Shown here piece by piece: positions 9,675-19,699 of a DNA stretch of 64,000 nt (the stretch's first letter is position 1; each line of letters begins with the position of its first letter). A model generated the notes under the pieces. That model had not been told where the DNA came from and searched no databases. It saw only the letters and a program-made list of their open reading frames with translations. The position numbers were made by a program, and so were the translations under genes. Location of the stretch: NCBI GenBank assembly GCA_000965745.1, contig CP009479.1, positions 704,001 through 768,000 on the forward strand, given 5' to 3'. The stretch comes from an uncultured archaeon. GTDB lineage: Archaea; Thermoplasmatota; Thermoplasmata; Thermoplasmatales; Thermoplasmataceae.

Positions 9675-10871
9675 TTGTATACCTTTTTTTGTACCATACA
9701 CCCAATAAAGGTAGAGAATAATTTATACTACCACAGATTTCCAAACGTGGATCTTGCCCTAAAAAAAAAGCTTATAAACCCTAGTATTTGCATAATGATC
9801 CCGAGACTTTCATCGATAGATGGTCAGGCCATAAGGGTGATTGATATGGCCGAAAGCCTAAAAGATTACCGTGTATCCTTTGTAACTCACACAGTAGATA
9901 GGGTTGATGAAATATCAACAAAATATGATATATATGTCTCAAATAGGTACTACTTATCAATCATAGACGGGAAGTTGATATCGCACTTGAAAGATTACGA
10001 TCAGATAATAGTACAAGGAGCTATTCCTTTCCTATTAGCCACCATGGTAACAAGGAAGAGAGTAATTTACAGCAGTCCTGGACCAGACCCCCTTTTTCTA
10101 TTCAGGTTTCCCGGGAAAATCAAAATGTTCATTTCCAGGATCTTAGAAAGATTTTTAGTCAAAAAAGCTCGCCTTCTTATATGCAACTCAGAATGGATGG
10201 GTGGATATTACGAGAAAATAAAAGTTCACCCAACAATAGTACCATCTTCAATAGACAATTCAGTTTTTTTTCCTACTAGTAATTCTAAGTGCATTTCCAA
10301 AATGGGCAAAATTAAATTGATATTAGTGGGAGATTGGGATGGTTGGTATGGTAGGAAAAGGCAACATGAGTTTATATCCCTCCTCCCTGAAGTTTTTTTA
10401 GAGTACCCAGAGGTAGATGTAGAGCTTATTGGACTGTCCGAAGAGTCCATAAGGGAACTGCATAAGTTTGTTGAAAGATTATCAATAAGTTCCAAGGTAA
10501 AACTCCGAGGTAGGATGAGCAGTAAGGAAGTTGCAAATAGACTAAGGCAATCTGACATTTTTGTATCATCCACGATAAGCGACACTTTTTATCGCCCAAT
10601 TGTTGAGGCATTTGCCTGTGGGCTACCTGCTCTGGTCCGAATTCCACCTACTTTTGTTCCAAGAGAAAATATCGCCCAAATTCATCATGCAAAAAAATCG
10701 GGTGGAGCTGTTTTATTTAACCTAAACCCATCAAGTTTTCTAGATGCATTATATCATGTTATTCAAAATTATCAAAATCTACGCTCAAATTCGTTAGAAT
10801 ATTCAAATCTATTCAAAAGAAAGTTAATCAGGGATGAATATAGGGCTTTATTTAATGAGATAATGGGGTGA
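9675..10871 (+). CDS. Glycosyltransferase family 4 (start uncertain)
   Basis: ICNSEW, SDIFVSST and VEAFACGLP motifs. Confidence 0.85.
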   Translation: MYTFFCTIHPIKVENNLYYHRFPNVDLALKKKLINPSICIMIPRLSSIDGQAIRVIDMAESLKDYRVSFVTHTVDRVDEISTKYDIYVSNRYYLSIIDGKLISHLKDYDQIIVQGAIPFLLATMVTRKRVIYSSPGPDPLFLFRFPGKIKMFISRILERFLVKKARLLICNSEWMGGYYEKIKVHPTIVPSSIDNSVFFPTSNSKCISKMGKIKLILVGDWDGWYGRKRQHEFISLLPEVFLEYPEVDVELIGLSEESIRELHKFVERLSISSKVKLRGRMSSKEVANRLRQSDIFVSSTISDTFYRPIVEAFACGLPALVRIPPTFVPRENIAQIHHAKKSGGAVLFNLNPSSFLDALYHVIQNYQNLRSNSLEYSNLFKRKLIRDEYRALFNEIMG

Positions 10872-10880
10872 TCATAATAA

Positions 10881-13193
10881 GTGGAAACTCTTAATTCAAT
10901 TATACATAGAAACTGCAAGTACCCTAGTAAATGGGCAAAATACATTCTTCTGGTCGTTATTTTAATTATATCGGCTGTTCTCAGAATCTACTCCCTTTCT
11001 AACATCCCTCCTTCCCTATACTTTGACGAGATGAATAATCTTCAAAGCACACAATTCACTTTATCACACATTGGTTCGTACGTCAGTTCTCTCTCGTCTT
11101 TTAGAGTTTTATTTGATCAATTACTAAACGGCGACATTCTTAGCACAATATTGTTTGGTGGAAACATCAATTTTGCGGCTAGAATACCTACTGCAATCTA
11201 CGGAACAATTATGCCAATTTCAATTTATCTCTTTACCAAAGAGCTTCTTGGTAGCTCACGATATGGTTACTTTGCAGCACTCTTGTGGGCAATCTCTCCA
11301 CTTTCTATCATTAGTTCCCGGTATGAGCCTTCAAATGCGATATTTCCTGCTTTTATCTTTCTTATTTTCGTCTATTCTTTAACTAGGCTTAGAAATAGGA
11401 ATTATGCATTGAAGGATTATGCTTGGTTTCTACTAGTATTCTCACTATCAGTTGCTTTAGTTGCGAGACAAGTGACTGTATGGGCCGGTATCCCTATATT
11501 CTTAGTCTCTTATTTTTGGGTATTTACAGAACTCTATGTTAGATTAAAAAGAGTCGGAAAACAAAAATACCTGATATTGACATACCTACTTATAAGCATA
11601 ACCCTTGCTTTCTTGGTTTACGACTTACGGGATGCCATAACACAAAGCATTGGAATACCTGCTCAAATTGACCCCTTAAACTTAGGTATAGTGGGTGCAA
11701 TTTCATCATTATCCGTTAGGGCCTATTTTTTCATGAGGCCTCAGAACATGGTCGTAATTGATATATTCCCAACGAGTTATTTATCACACTCTCCAGACTT
11801 GACTCCAGTACTGTTTATCTCCGAGGCCATATTTTTCTATGCTTCTGTAGTATATCTGTTGTACAGATTTTACAAAGGTCACCAAAGATACGAAATATTG
11901 CTCTTATTTGTAATCTTTGTTGGTGGTTATTCGACTGCAATCTTGAATCAAGCCAATTCCCCTGACTTCACCAACCAGACTGAAGCCATTATTTCCGAGC
12001 CAATTATATTCATAATTACTTCCATCCTCTTTTTTAGACTATTTAAATCTCCCCTCATAGAACCTTCGATAGGTCTAGAATCCAATAAATCGCGCAAAAA
12101 AAATAAATTTTCCAACATAGCTCGAATCTTATCAGTATTATTCATTGCCCTATTAGTAGTTAATTTTACAGGTTTTGTGATTGATCTCTTTGACCATTAT
12201 GACGTTACTATGGAAACCAATACAAATTTTAACCCGTTTTATGCAACATATGGAATTGATGCGGTATCTAACTACATAGTCGCGAATAACTTATCCCAAG
12301 ACACAGTATACTATTACCCTTATGGAGACTTGGGCAACTATATCAACCTTACATCTAAGCCAAATATAGACTATTATTATTATCACCTTCATTTTCCTTC
12401 TCTTTGGTTAAAGGAGTATTCACATGATAAGATTAACAAGACCTCATTGTTGTATCCAGGACAATTTCCAACCCTTATCAATAATAGTGCAATTGTCATA
12501 ACTCAAAACAAAACTTACCAAAATCTACTCTCCTCAAATGGTTTCTCATATGAAGTTCTCAAACGTTTTTATCGCCCTAGTGGAATTACAGCATTCATAG
12601 TGTTAAAGGTCTACGGTAGAAATTCCCTCAATTACACCGGTTTTTATGAAAAGCACGTTCTATATCACCAAAAGTATTCTTATCTTACCATATCACAGAG
12701 AATATTAATCAATGAGAGTAGGGAATTCGGACATAATGGTAGTATTGTGATTGACGTCAACTCTTCAAACCTAAGAAATATCGGGAGGGTAACTGGCATT
12801 ATTACTTGGAATTTAAATTCAAGTTTGATCGGTTACGGTTACGCAAGTGATTTTCCATGGGTTAATGGAGGCAACCACTCTGTTCCAGTTTTGCGAGAAG
12901 TTCCCTTTTACAATAAAAGTCTACAGTTCAATATGACCCGGTACTTTGTACCTAATATTGACATTAAAAATAATATGACATACATGATGACAGTAACTTG
13001 GTCCCATTCAAAAATCTCGTGTTATTACAACAATTTTCTAGTTGGAAGTTACACCTATCCTCATAGTATGGTATTTAATCAAGGAGATATTTATTTCCAT
13101 AATCTAGGCATTACTTCCAACATTTACATTTTTAACTCGAGCATGCTACCTGGTTATGTGGCTGATATGTACTCCAATTTGATTTATCAATGA
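10881..13193 (+). CDS. GT-C fold membrane glycosyltransferase (PMT/ArnT-like) with extracellular C-terminal beta domain
   Basis: LRIYSL...YFDE and AARIP motifs, many TM segments, Asn-rich C-terminal domain. Confidence 0.75.
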   Translation: METLNSIIHRNCKYPSKWAKYILLVVILIISAVLRIYSLSNIPPSLYFDEMNNLQSTQFTLSHIGSYVSSLSSFRVLFDQLLNGDILSTILFGGNINFAARIPTAIYGTIMPISIYLFTKELLGSSRYGYFAALLWAISPLSIISSRYEPSNAIFPAFIFLIFVYSLTRLRNRNYALKDYAWFLLVFSLSVALVARQVTVWAGIPIFLVSYFWVFTELYVRLKRVGKQKYLILTYLLISITLAFLVYDLRDAITQSIGIPAQIDPLNLGIVGAISSLSVRAYFFMRPQNMVVIDIFPTSYLSHSPDLTPVLFISEAIFFYASVVYLLYRFYKGHQRYEILLLFVIFVGGYSTAILNQANSPDFTNQTEAIISEPIIFIITSILFFRLFKSPLIEPSIGLESNKSRKKNKFSNIARILSVLFIALLVVNFTGFVIDLFDHYDVTMETNTNFNPFYATYGIDAVSNYIVANNLSQDTVYYYPYGDLGNYINLTSKPNIDYYYYHLHFPSLWLKEYSHDKINKTSLLYPGQFPTLINNSAIVITQNKTYQNLLSSNGFSYEVLKRFYRPSGITAFIVLKVYGRNSLNYTGFYEKHVLYHQKYSYLTISQRILINESREFGHNGSIVIDVNSSNLRNIGRVTGIITWNLNSSLIGYGYASDFPWVNGGNHSVPVLREVPFYNKSLQFNMTRYFVPNIDIKNNMTYMMTVTWSHSKISCYYNNFLVGSYTYPHSMVFNQGDIYFHNLGITSNIYIFNSSMLPGYVADMYSNLIYQ

Positions 13194-13303
13194 GTTGCCT
13201 CAGAAATGATAGAATCAGAGTAATATTTTAGAAGTGATTGGCATGGCTCTGGTTTTGTGTGGTGTATCCTCCTATCAACAGTAAGGTCATCATCGAAGTC
13301 GGA

Positions 13304-14434
13304 TTAATCATAAGTGCGTGTCATTCTTAAACGACTCATGGCGTCACTTAGTGCTTTGCAATGTTTATCCCAGGTGTATCCTTTCGAAAGCTCAACGTTA
13401 TAATTTGAAATTTGATCCCACAAAGTGCGGTTCGTAAAAAGCTCATCGATTTTATCAGATACTTCTGAAGATCTTTCTTCGTCAAACTTGAATCCCGAAT
13501 GCCCCTCACAAAAAATCTCTTTTATACCAATACCGTCGTTTATTATAAGGGGAATTCCATATGATAGGGCTTCCATTGAACCCATGCCGGGACCCTTCTC
13601 GTTATATCCAAACCTGATAAATACCTTTGCTGAATTGTATAGCTGCTTAAGGTTCTCTTCACTTAAATCGCCAGTAACGCCAATTTTACTCCCCAGGTCA
13701 AGCTTAACTATAAGTTTCTTGAAAGAAGCCATGTATTCGTAATCGGCCCAGCTTCCAACGAGAAGTATTTTCCCGTGGGATAGGTTTTTAGCTATTTCTA
13801 ATAAGGTTTCAGGATGTCTACCATAATCCCACATCGTTACAGATATCGCAATATTTTCTCGCTCTTCAAACCTAGAGGTTGCACCCACATATTTTAGACC
13901 TGGCCTTAGCACAACTGATTCTTTCCCATAATACTTTTTGACTAAATTGGCATTGTCTTCTGAATTGGTTATAACACCAGATGCTGATGATAGTGAACGT
14001 TTAATGATCCAACTCCATAGTTTGCTCTTATCATGGACTTCATGTATTACAACAAAATTTTGATCGTTGTTTAGGATTTTTCCTTTCTTAGAGAAGAACG
14101 CTGCAAATTCATCAAAATATATTACGATATCATATCTATGCCTATTCTTTTCGAACTTCCATATAAGATCAAGATCGATAGTCGCATCTTTTCCTCTTTC
14201 AGGAGCGTACTGCCGAGTTATCAAGTGAAGAATCTTATTTAAAAACCTTTTTTGCACCGATTTATTATTCAGTATTCTGAAATTTATAGTCGATTCACTT
14301 AGAACTCTTTCAGTATCTCTTATGAATATCAAATCCACATCATGTCCCAATTTTCCCAGACCATCAGCTTCAGCAAAAGCAGTTCTCTGGACACCTCCGG
14401 GCCATAGTATTCTAACAACTATTGCGATATACAT
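13304..14434 (-). CDS. Glycosyltransferase family 4
   Basis: PGGVQR and GMGSMEALSYGIP motifs. Confidence 0.87.
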   Translation of the reverse strand: MYIAIVVRILWPGGVQRTAFAEADGLGKLGHDVDLIFIRDTERVLSESTINFRILNNKSVQKRFLNKILHLITRQYAPERGKDATIDLDLIWKFEKNRHRYDIVIYFDEFAAFFSKKGKILNNDQNFVVIHEVHDKSKLWSWIIKRSLSSASGVITNSEDNANLVKKYYGKESVVLRPGLKYVGATSRFEERENIAISVTMWDYGRHPETLLEIAKNLSHGKILLVGSWADYEYMASFKKLIVKLDLGSKIGVTGDLSEENLKQLYNSAKVFIRFGYNEKGPGMGSMEALSYGIPLIINDGIGIKEIFCEGHSGFKFDEERSSEVSDKIDELFTNRTLWDQISNYNVELSKGYTWDKHCKALSDAMSRLRMTRTYD

Positions 14435-14489
14435 TTATTGTACTGTGAAAGGTATGTCACTTAAACATTAAGTATTTTATTCAAGACTT

Positions 14490-15490
14490 TAGTGCGTTGC
14501 ACAATTCAATAGGCATGTGTCATCTCTCTCATGATGTTGTAGTACTGCACCTTCAGGGCGATCTCCTGAACTATGTAATCAGACCTGACAGCCTTGATCA
14601 CCTCACCCATTGTTCTCTTGAGACCTGAGAAATATATCTCTACATTCCACCGTTTCCCATACTGTACCGATTCCTTCCACCTCTTCTCAGATGTCCTTCT
14701 GATCTGTCTGACAACCTTAGCCCTTGCCGGTGATCCCCTGGATTGTGTGGAGGCGTTCTTCCTTGGCGGTATTATTGTGCCATGCCCAAAGTCATTGAAT
14801 ATCTTCTTTGAATCATATCCCTTGTCTCCGTATATCCTCAGTATTCTGTCCCTGACAGATTCCAGTATCTTTCTGCCCTCCTTCGCATCATGGACATGCT
14901 CATCGGTGATGGAGAAGGAGAGCACCGAGACATCATGTATTGAGATGACCGCATGGAGCTTGTTCCATCCTCTTCTGCGGCGATTCCATTTAGTACCCAG
15001 ATAATCGCCCCTGATAGTGATCTTGAAACCGGTGGAATCAATGGCACAGTCCACCGGTTTCCCATCAGTATGGGGAAGAGTTGGCACGATCTTCCTGATC
15101 CTCCTGAATATGTTGGTATAGCACACTGTCCTGATTCCCGAGATCCTGGAGAATACCCTGGCAATTCCTTCAAGAGACCTGAAGGGAACGCTGTACAGTG
15201 CTCTCAGCTTCGCAAGGAATGTTATGAACGCATTTGGTGTTTTGAAGGGATGTCCTCTCTTTCCTCTGTTGTTATCCTGCAGCAGGTTCTTCCAGTTCAT
15301 GAGGAATGAAGGGTCCATGAGGTCTTCAACCCTGTTCACCAAGGATCGGTTGTACCTGTCATGCCTTCGGTTAGAACCAACCCAATATCTTCTTGTGCTT
15401 CTATTGCCTATTGCAGTGATTTGTTGTGGTGTCATAACAACAAATCGTTCCCCTGTATTTCATTATACAGGGGAATTATGCAACACACTA
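14490..15490 (-). mobile_element. IS5-family IS (IS903-like)
   Basis: IRs TAGTGCGTTGCACAATTC / GAATTATGCAACACACTA; 9-bp duplication TCAAGACTT at 14481-14489 and 15491-15499. Confidence 0.92.
14506..15435 (-). CDS. IS5-family transposase
   Basis: AIDSTG, WNKLH, GDKGYD and YGKRWNVE motifs. Confidence 0.92.
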   Translation of the reverse strand: MTPQQITAIGNRSTRRYWVGSNRRHDRYNRSLVNRVEDLMDPSFLMNWKNLLQDNNRGKRGHPFKTPNAFITFLAKLRALYSVPFRSLEGIARVFSRISGIRTVCYTNIFRRIRKIVPTLPHTDGKPVDCAIDSTGFKITIRGDYLGTKWNRRRRGWNKLHAVISIHDVSVLSFSITDEHVHDAKEGRKILESVRDRILRIYGDKGYDSKKIFNDFGHGTIIPPRKNASTQSRGSPARAKVVRQIRRTSEKRWKESVQYGKRWNVEIYFSGLKRTMGEVIKAVRSDYIVQEIALKVQYYNIMREMTHAY

Positions 15491-15548
15491 TCAAGACTTT
15501 AAAACAGATGGATTTGTATAATCATTCACACAGAGAATTCTACCTCTT

Positions 15549-16807
15549 GATGGTGTGCGTGAATTGCTGTAAAAATTGAAAAGGGTCCTGCAAGATTTGG
15601 ATGTGAGTTGACCCAAAAATGCAGGACCAATTGAACATGGTGGAGGACCTAATTAGAGGTTTCCTCAAGGACAACAGAGAAGGCAAGAAACAGCTGATCG
15701 AGTGGTTTCTGAACGAAGTCATGGACAGGGAAGCGATGGATCAGATCAGGGCGAAATGGTACGAGAGATCTGAGCAGAGGAAAGCACACAGGAATGGCAA
15801 GAGGAAGAGATCACTGAAGACATCGGACGGCGATCTCACTCTGGAGAAGCCTCAGATACGCGAGTTTCCATTCGAAACTCAGGTATTTAACCGGTACAGC
15901 AGAGTCGAGAGAGCAGTTGAATCAGCAATCCTAGAATCGTACATACAGGGTGTCTCAACAAGGAGAGTGAAGAGCATTGTTGAGAGCCTGGGAGCGGGGA
16001 AGGTATCCCCGTCCTATGTCTCATCACTCTCCTCCGATCTGGATCAAAAGGTGAAGGAATTCCTTGAGCGTCCCATCGAACAGCCGATAATGTACATGTA
16101 TGTGGATGCCACATACATCAAGGTACGCCAGGACTCAAGGTACAGAAGCATGGCCTTGTACATAGCCGCCGGTGTGAGAGAGGATGGATATCGTGAAATT
16201 CTAGGCGCAAGACTGTACGATTCTGAAACTGAGATAGATTATGAGTCATTCTTCGATGATCTGAAGGAAAGGGACTGAGAGGATTAGAGCTGGTGATATC
16301 AGATGGCCATAAAGGAATCAGGGAAGCAGTACTCCGATCATTTCCAGGTGCATCATGGCAGTTCTGCCATGTGCATTTCATCAGGAATCTGATGAAGAAG
16401 GTCTCCAGGAAAAGATGGTCATCAGTCTCACTTATCGTGAAGGAATCACTGGAGAATCCCTCACTCATGCCACTGGCACAGCAGGCCTTGATCGATAATG
16501 GGATGGACAGAGCTGCTGAGATGTACGATAGATGGTCGGATTCACTGTACAACTATCAGTCCTGTCCACAGCAGCACTGGCGCAGGATAAGGACAACAAA
16601 CATGATGGAGCGGTTGAACTATGAGGTCAAGCGACGCACAAAGAAGGTTGGTGCGTTTCCATCTGAGAAAGCATTGATCAGGTTAGCAGGTTCCATTCTA
16701 ATGGACATGAATGAAGAATGGATCACTAGGAGAAAGTATTTGAGGATCGAGGATTTGCACGATCAGTAGGACTCTGATCAATTCTACAGCAGTCTCTGCA
16801 CATGACC
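15549..16807 (+). mobile_element. IS256-family IS
   Basis: Imperfect IRs GATGGTGTGCGTGAATTGCTGTAAAAATTG / CAATTCTACAGCAGTCTCTGCACATGACC; TACCTCTT duplicated at 15541-15548 and 16808-16815. Confidence 0.9.
15619..16769 (+). pseudogene. IS256 (Mutator-type) transposase with a 1-bp frameshift near 16272
   Basis: QGVSTR and YVDATY in the first ORF; ISDGHKG, WQFCHVHF and RTTNMMERLN in the second. One extra G restores LKERGLRGLELVISDGH. Confidence 0.87.
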
Positions 16808-16886
16808 TACCTCTTTGTGTTTGATATGATTTTCTTAACAGTTAAGTAGCTTAAGTTATATTACGTCCTTTAACATCGTATGTTAG

Positions 16887-18053
16887 ATGCATGAGGATTT
16901 TAGACCAAGTGTAAACATCTATTCGGAGGCCCCACTTTCTTTCTTCGGAGGAGGAGAGAGAATAGCTGCAAAAATAGGGAACTATCTCGTATCTAAAGGC
17001 TACAAAGTTACATATTACGAGCCTAATAATTCTAAAAATGTAAAACGCATAAGCGAAGAGGAAGTTAGTAAAATGATTAATTTTGACATAGATCAAATTA
17101 CCTTTAAGAAAGCTCCCTTTTTCTTTGGTCAATCGTTACCTGACCCTTCTGCTTTTGACATCCGGGCAATATCTTTGGTTCTCCTCAGGCGATTCCCTTC
17201 GAAGTCTTATATGAGAAAAATAGCCAGTGTTGGATCGAAAGTGGTCTTTTGCCTTCATGGAACTGCTATGGAACCAAAAATCCACCTAAACCCTATTGTA
17301 CTGGCGCATCAACTTGTAATGAGGAATGGTCTTTCAAAATTTGCTTCAGAAGTGAAAAAGAATCACTTGATATATGTACAATTTTTTTCGGAAACTATCC
17401 AATCCATATTACAAAGGAAAGGTGTGCAAGACGATCAAATTTTTAAAATCAAAAACGGTGTTGAAACATCGCACTATCAACCTAAGAGAAACGACGACTG
17501 TTTTACGGTCCTTTTTGCCGGAAGAATTGAAAATCTAAGTAAAGGAATTAAAAGATTGAAAAAAACCATAAAAATGACTTATAAGATAGACAAAAATATT
17601 CAATTCGCCGTAATTGGGACCGGAAAAGATAAACATTTGCTAAACAATTTGCCTCCAAATTCAAGTTATCTGGGTTTTGTTACGGAAATCGAACGCCTGA
17701 ATGCTTTTCATAATTCAAACTTGTTGATTGTGACTTCCAACCTTGAACCTTACGGGATCGTTGTTGTAGAGGGTCTTTTTTCAGGCTTACCAGTAGTAAC
17801 GTCTCCTGCTGATGGGCCAAAGAATATAGTAGAACATAATGGAATTTTCGGGAAGGTCTCCTCATTCAGACCCAGAACGCTAGCCGAAACAATATCTGAA
17901 TATTATCATCTTTGGGACGAGGATAAAAAAGCTTATTTTGACTTAAAGACAACCATATCCATTGAAGCAAAGAGGTCATTCGACGAAGAACTGATGACAG
18001 AAAGTTATCATTCCATGATTGCTGATCTCTGGGAAAAGGGCAACGGTGTTTAG
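16887..18053 (+). CDS. Glycosyltransferase family 4
   Basis: GGGE, LFAGRI and EPYGIVVVEGLFSGLP motifs. Confidence 0.88.
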   Translation: MHEDFRPSVNIYSEAPLSFFGGGERIAAKIGNYLVSKGYKVTYYEPNNSKNVKRISEEEVSKMINFDIDQITFKKAPFFFGQSLPDPSAFDIRAISLVLLRRFPSKSYMRKIASVGSKVVFCLHGTAMEPKIHLNPIVLAHQLVMRNGLSKFASEVKKNHLIYVQFFSETIQSILQRKGVQDDQIFKIKNGVETSHYQPKRNDDCFTVLFAGRIENLSKGIKRLKKTIKMTYKIDKNIQFAVIGTGKDKHLLNNLPPNSSYLGFVTEIERLNAFHNSNLLIVTSNLEPYGIVVVEGLFSGLPVVTSPADGPKNIVEHNGIFGKVSSFRPRTLAETISEYYHLWDEDKKAYFDLKTTISIEAKRSFDEELMTESYHSMIADLWEKGNGV

Positions 18054-18060
18054 AAAGCAT

Positions 18061-19218
18061 TTAAGTTTGCAACAGTATGTCGATGTTGTCTAACACCTCA
18101 TCAAGTTTTCGTTTAATCCTTAATCTGTACCTATTCCTTCTATACATCAGAACGGTTCTTATTGCATCTTGTAGGTTATCCCTTTTGCAAAGATGGACAA
18201 ATTCTAATCCATTTGCCTGTTCTCTATACTCAGCAAAATCTATTGCTACAGTTTCAACTTCAAAGAATATTGCTTGTTCTAGTACTCCAGAGTGGCCGCC
18301 AGGAGTGTTATATGGAAGTATCAACAGATCAGATTTCGTATAAAGCGACAAAATTTTCTTTTCGTCAATATATCCTAAGTAGCTACCAATTATATCGGAG
18401 AATTCATCTATAATTTTCATGAACTGCTTTTCGTATAACGGGAAGTGTTTATTGATCCCTCCTGATATTATAAGATTGAATATTAGTCCTTCATCACTAA
18501 TTTTTGACAACGCTTCCAATGCAGCTCTTAGGTTCTTTTGTGGCCCCCAGAAGCCGTGCAAGAGAACCGTTGGAACATCATCATTTCTCTTGTTTTGAAA
18601 TTCAACAGTATCTAGTAGATCATTTAAGAACAAGGTGGGAATCGCCTCAAGATACCTGCCACTTGAATATCTCACACGGTTTAAGCCAATCCTCTCGTCA
18701 ATCGCCTTCTTATAAAGCTCTACTAGCACAATGGTATCAATGAGCTTGAACATCGCTTTTTCAATAAAACCTAAGACCCTAGACCTAACTCTATCATAGA
18801 AGGTGTCATAACCAAGAAGCGCGACATTGTTCGTATACACTGAGTTGTGGTAGACGACCCTCAGGCCAGGCGTGCGAAAAATGGCGGCCATGGTGATGGG
18901 AACGAGAAGGCCGAATAGATTGGGGAGTGATGTGGAACCGAAACCGGTCGGAAGTATGTTGAAAATAATCCTGTCGTAGTTAATTCTCCTTATCTTGAAT
19001 AAGGTCAGAACAGATAGGGCGTCACCATACCGATAAGTCTCAATGACCCTGATTTTCTTGTGATGATTCTTTACGTGGGAACCTTTGTCCGAATAGGGAC
19101 AGAATACATCAATGCTCTCCACCTCCTCATTCAGGGCCAGGAGAAACACTATCGATGCTCCCACCGTATTAAGGCCCCTACCGTGATCGAGAAAGTCACC
19201 CACGTATGCTATCCTCAA
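18061..19218 (-). CDS. Glycosyltransferase family 4
   Basis: GFWGPQKN and DLLILPY...SGVLEQA motifs. Confidence 0.83.
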   Translation of the reverse strand: MRIAYVGDFLDHGRGLNTVGASIVFLLALNEEVESIDVFCPYSDKGSHVKNHHKKIRVIETYRYGDALSVLTLFKIRRINYDRIIFNILPTGFGSTSLPNLFGLLVPITMAAIFRTPGLRVVYHNSVYTNNVALLGYDTFYDRVRSRVLGFIEKAMFKLIDTIVLVELYKKAIDERIGLNRVRYSSGRYLEAIPTLFLNDLLDTVEFQNKRNDDVPTVLLHGFWGPQKNLRAALEALSKISDEGLIFNLIISGGINKHFPLYEKQFMKIIDEFSDIIGSYLGYIDEKKILSLYTKSDLLILPYNTPGGHSGVLEQAIFFEVETVAIDFAEYREQANGLEFVHLCKRDNLQDAIRTVLMYRRNRYRLRIKRKLDEVLDNIDILLQT

Positions 19219-19313
19219 TAGAGGGATAAAGAGACACAGTGATTAAAATATTCCTCTTGAGAAATACTTAAATATATAGGTGTCCGGTAGCGCATGAATA
19301 TCCACTCATGATC

Positions 19314-19366
19314 GTCCGGATTCATGTCCGGAACCCCGTCCGATATACTGTCCGTGTTGATGTCCG
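19314..19366. repeat. Five GTCCG direct repeats at an exact 12-bp period
   Basis: GTCCG at 19314, 19326, 19338, 19350 and 19362, with an extra copy at 19282. Confidence 0.85.
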
Positions 19367-19660
19367 AGCGTACGGATCATGGCTGATCGATCCCATTTCA
19401 ATGTGATGAAAGATCATGGGAAATTTCTGTTTTCTCCATTTGATAACTCAGAAGTGTCCTTGCAGAATCCCAAAAGATTCCACGAGGTTTCTCACCATAC
19501 TACCCCTCCTGTTTGAGTTTAACTCTGAAAAAGCTGCCCAAGCTGGACATCAAAGAGTGGATGTATGAAAGGCAAGTTGCGTGGGACGTTTTCCGGAAAA
19601 ATGGAAAAGTCTGTTTATCGCAGTAATAGAGCGTGTGGCCAAACAAATTAGTGAAAAAGT

Positions 19661-19689
19661 GGCTACACAGTGGCAGCCCATGTGTAGCC
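19661..19689. promoter_or_regulatory. Inverted repeat, probable operator of the downstream HTH gene
   Basis: GGCTACACA-N11-TGTGTAGCC ending 10 bp before the ATG at 19700. Confidence 0.55.
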
Positions 19690-19699
19690 CAATCTTAAT

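Noticed and set aside
19314-19366. CRISPR array
   Set aside because: The repeat core is 5 bp with 7-bp spacers, and there are no cas genes. No CRISPR array was seen anywhere in the window.
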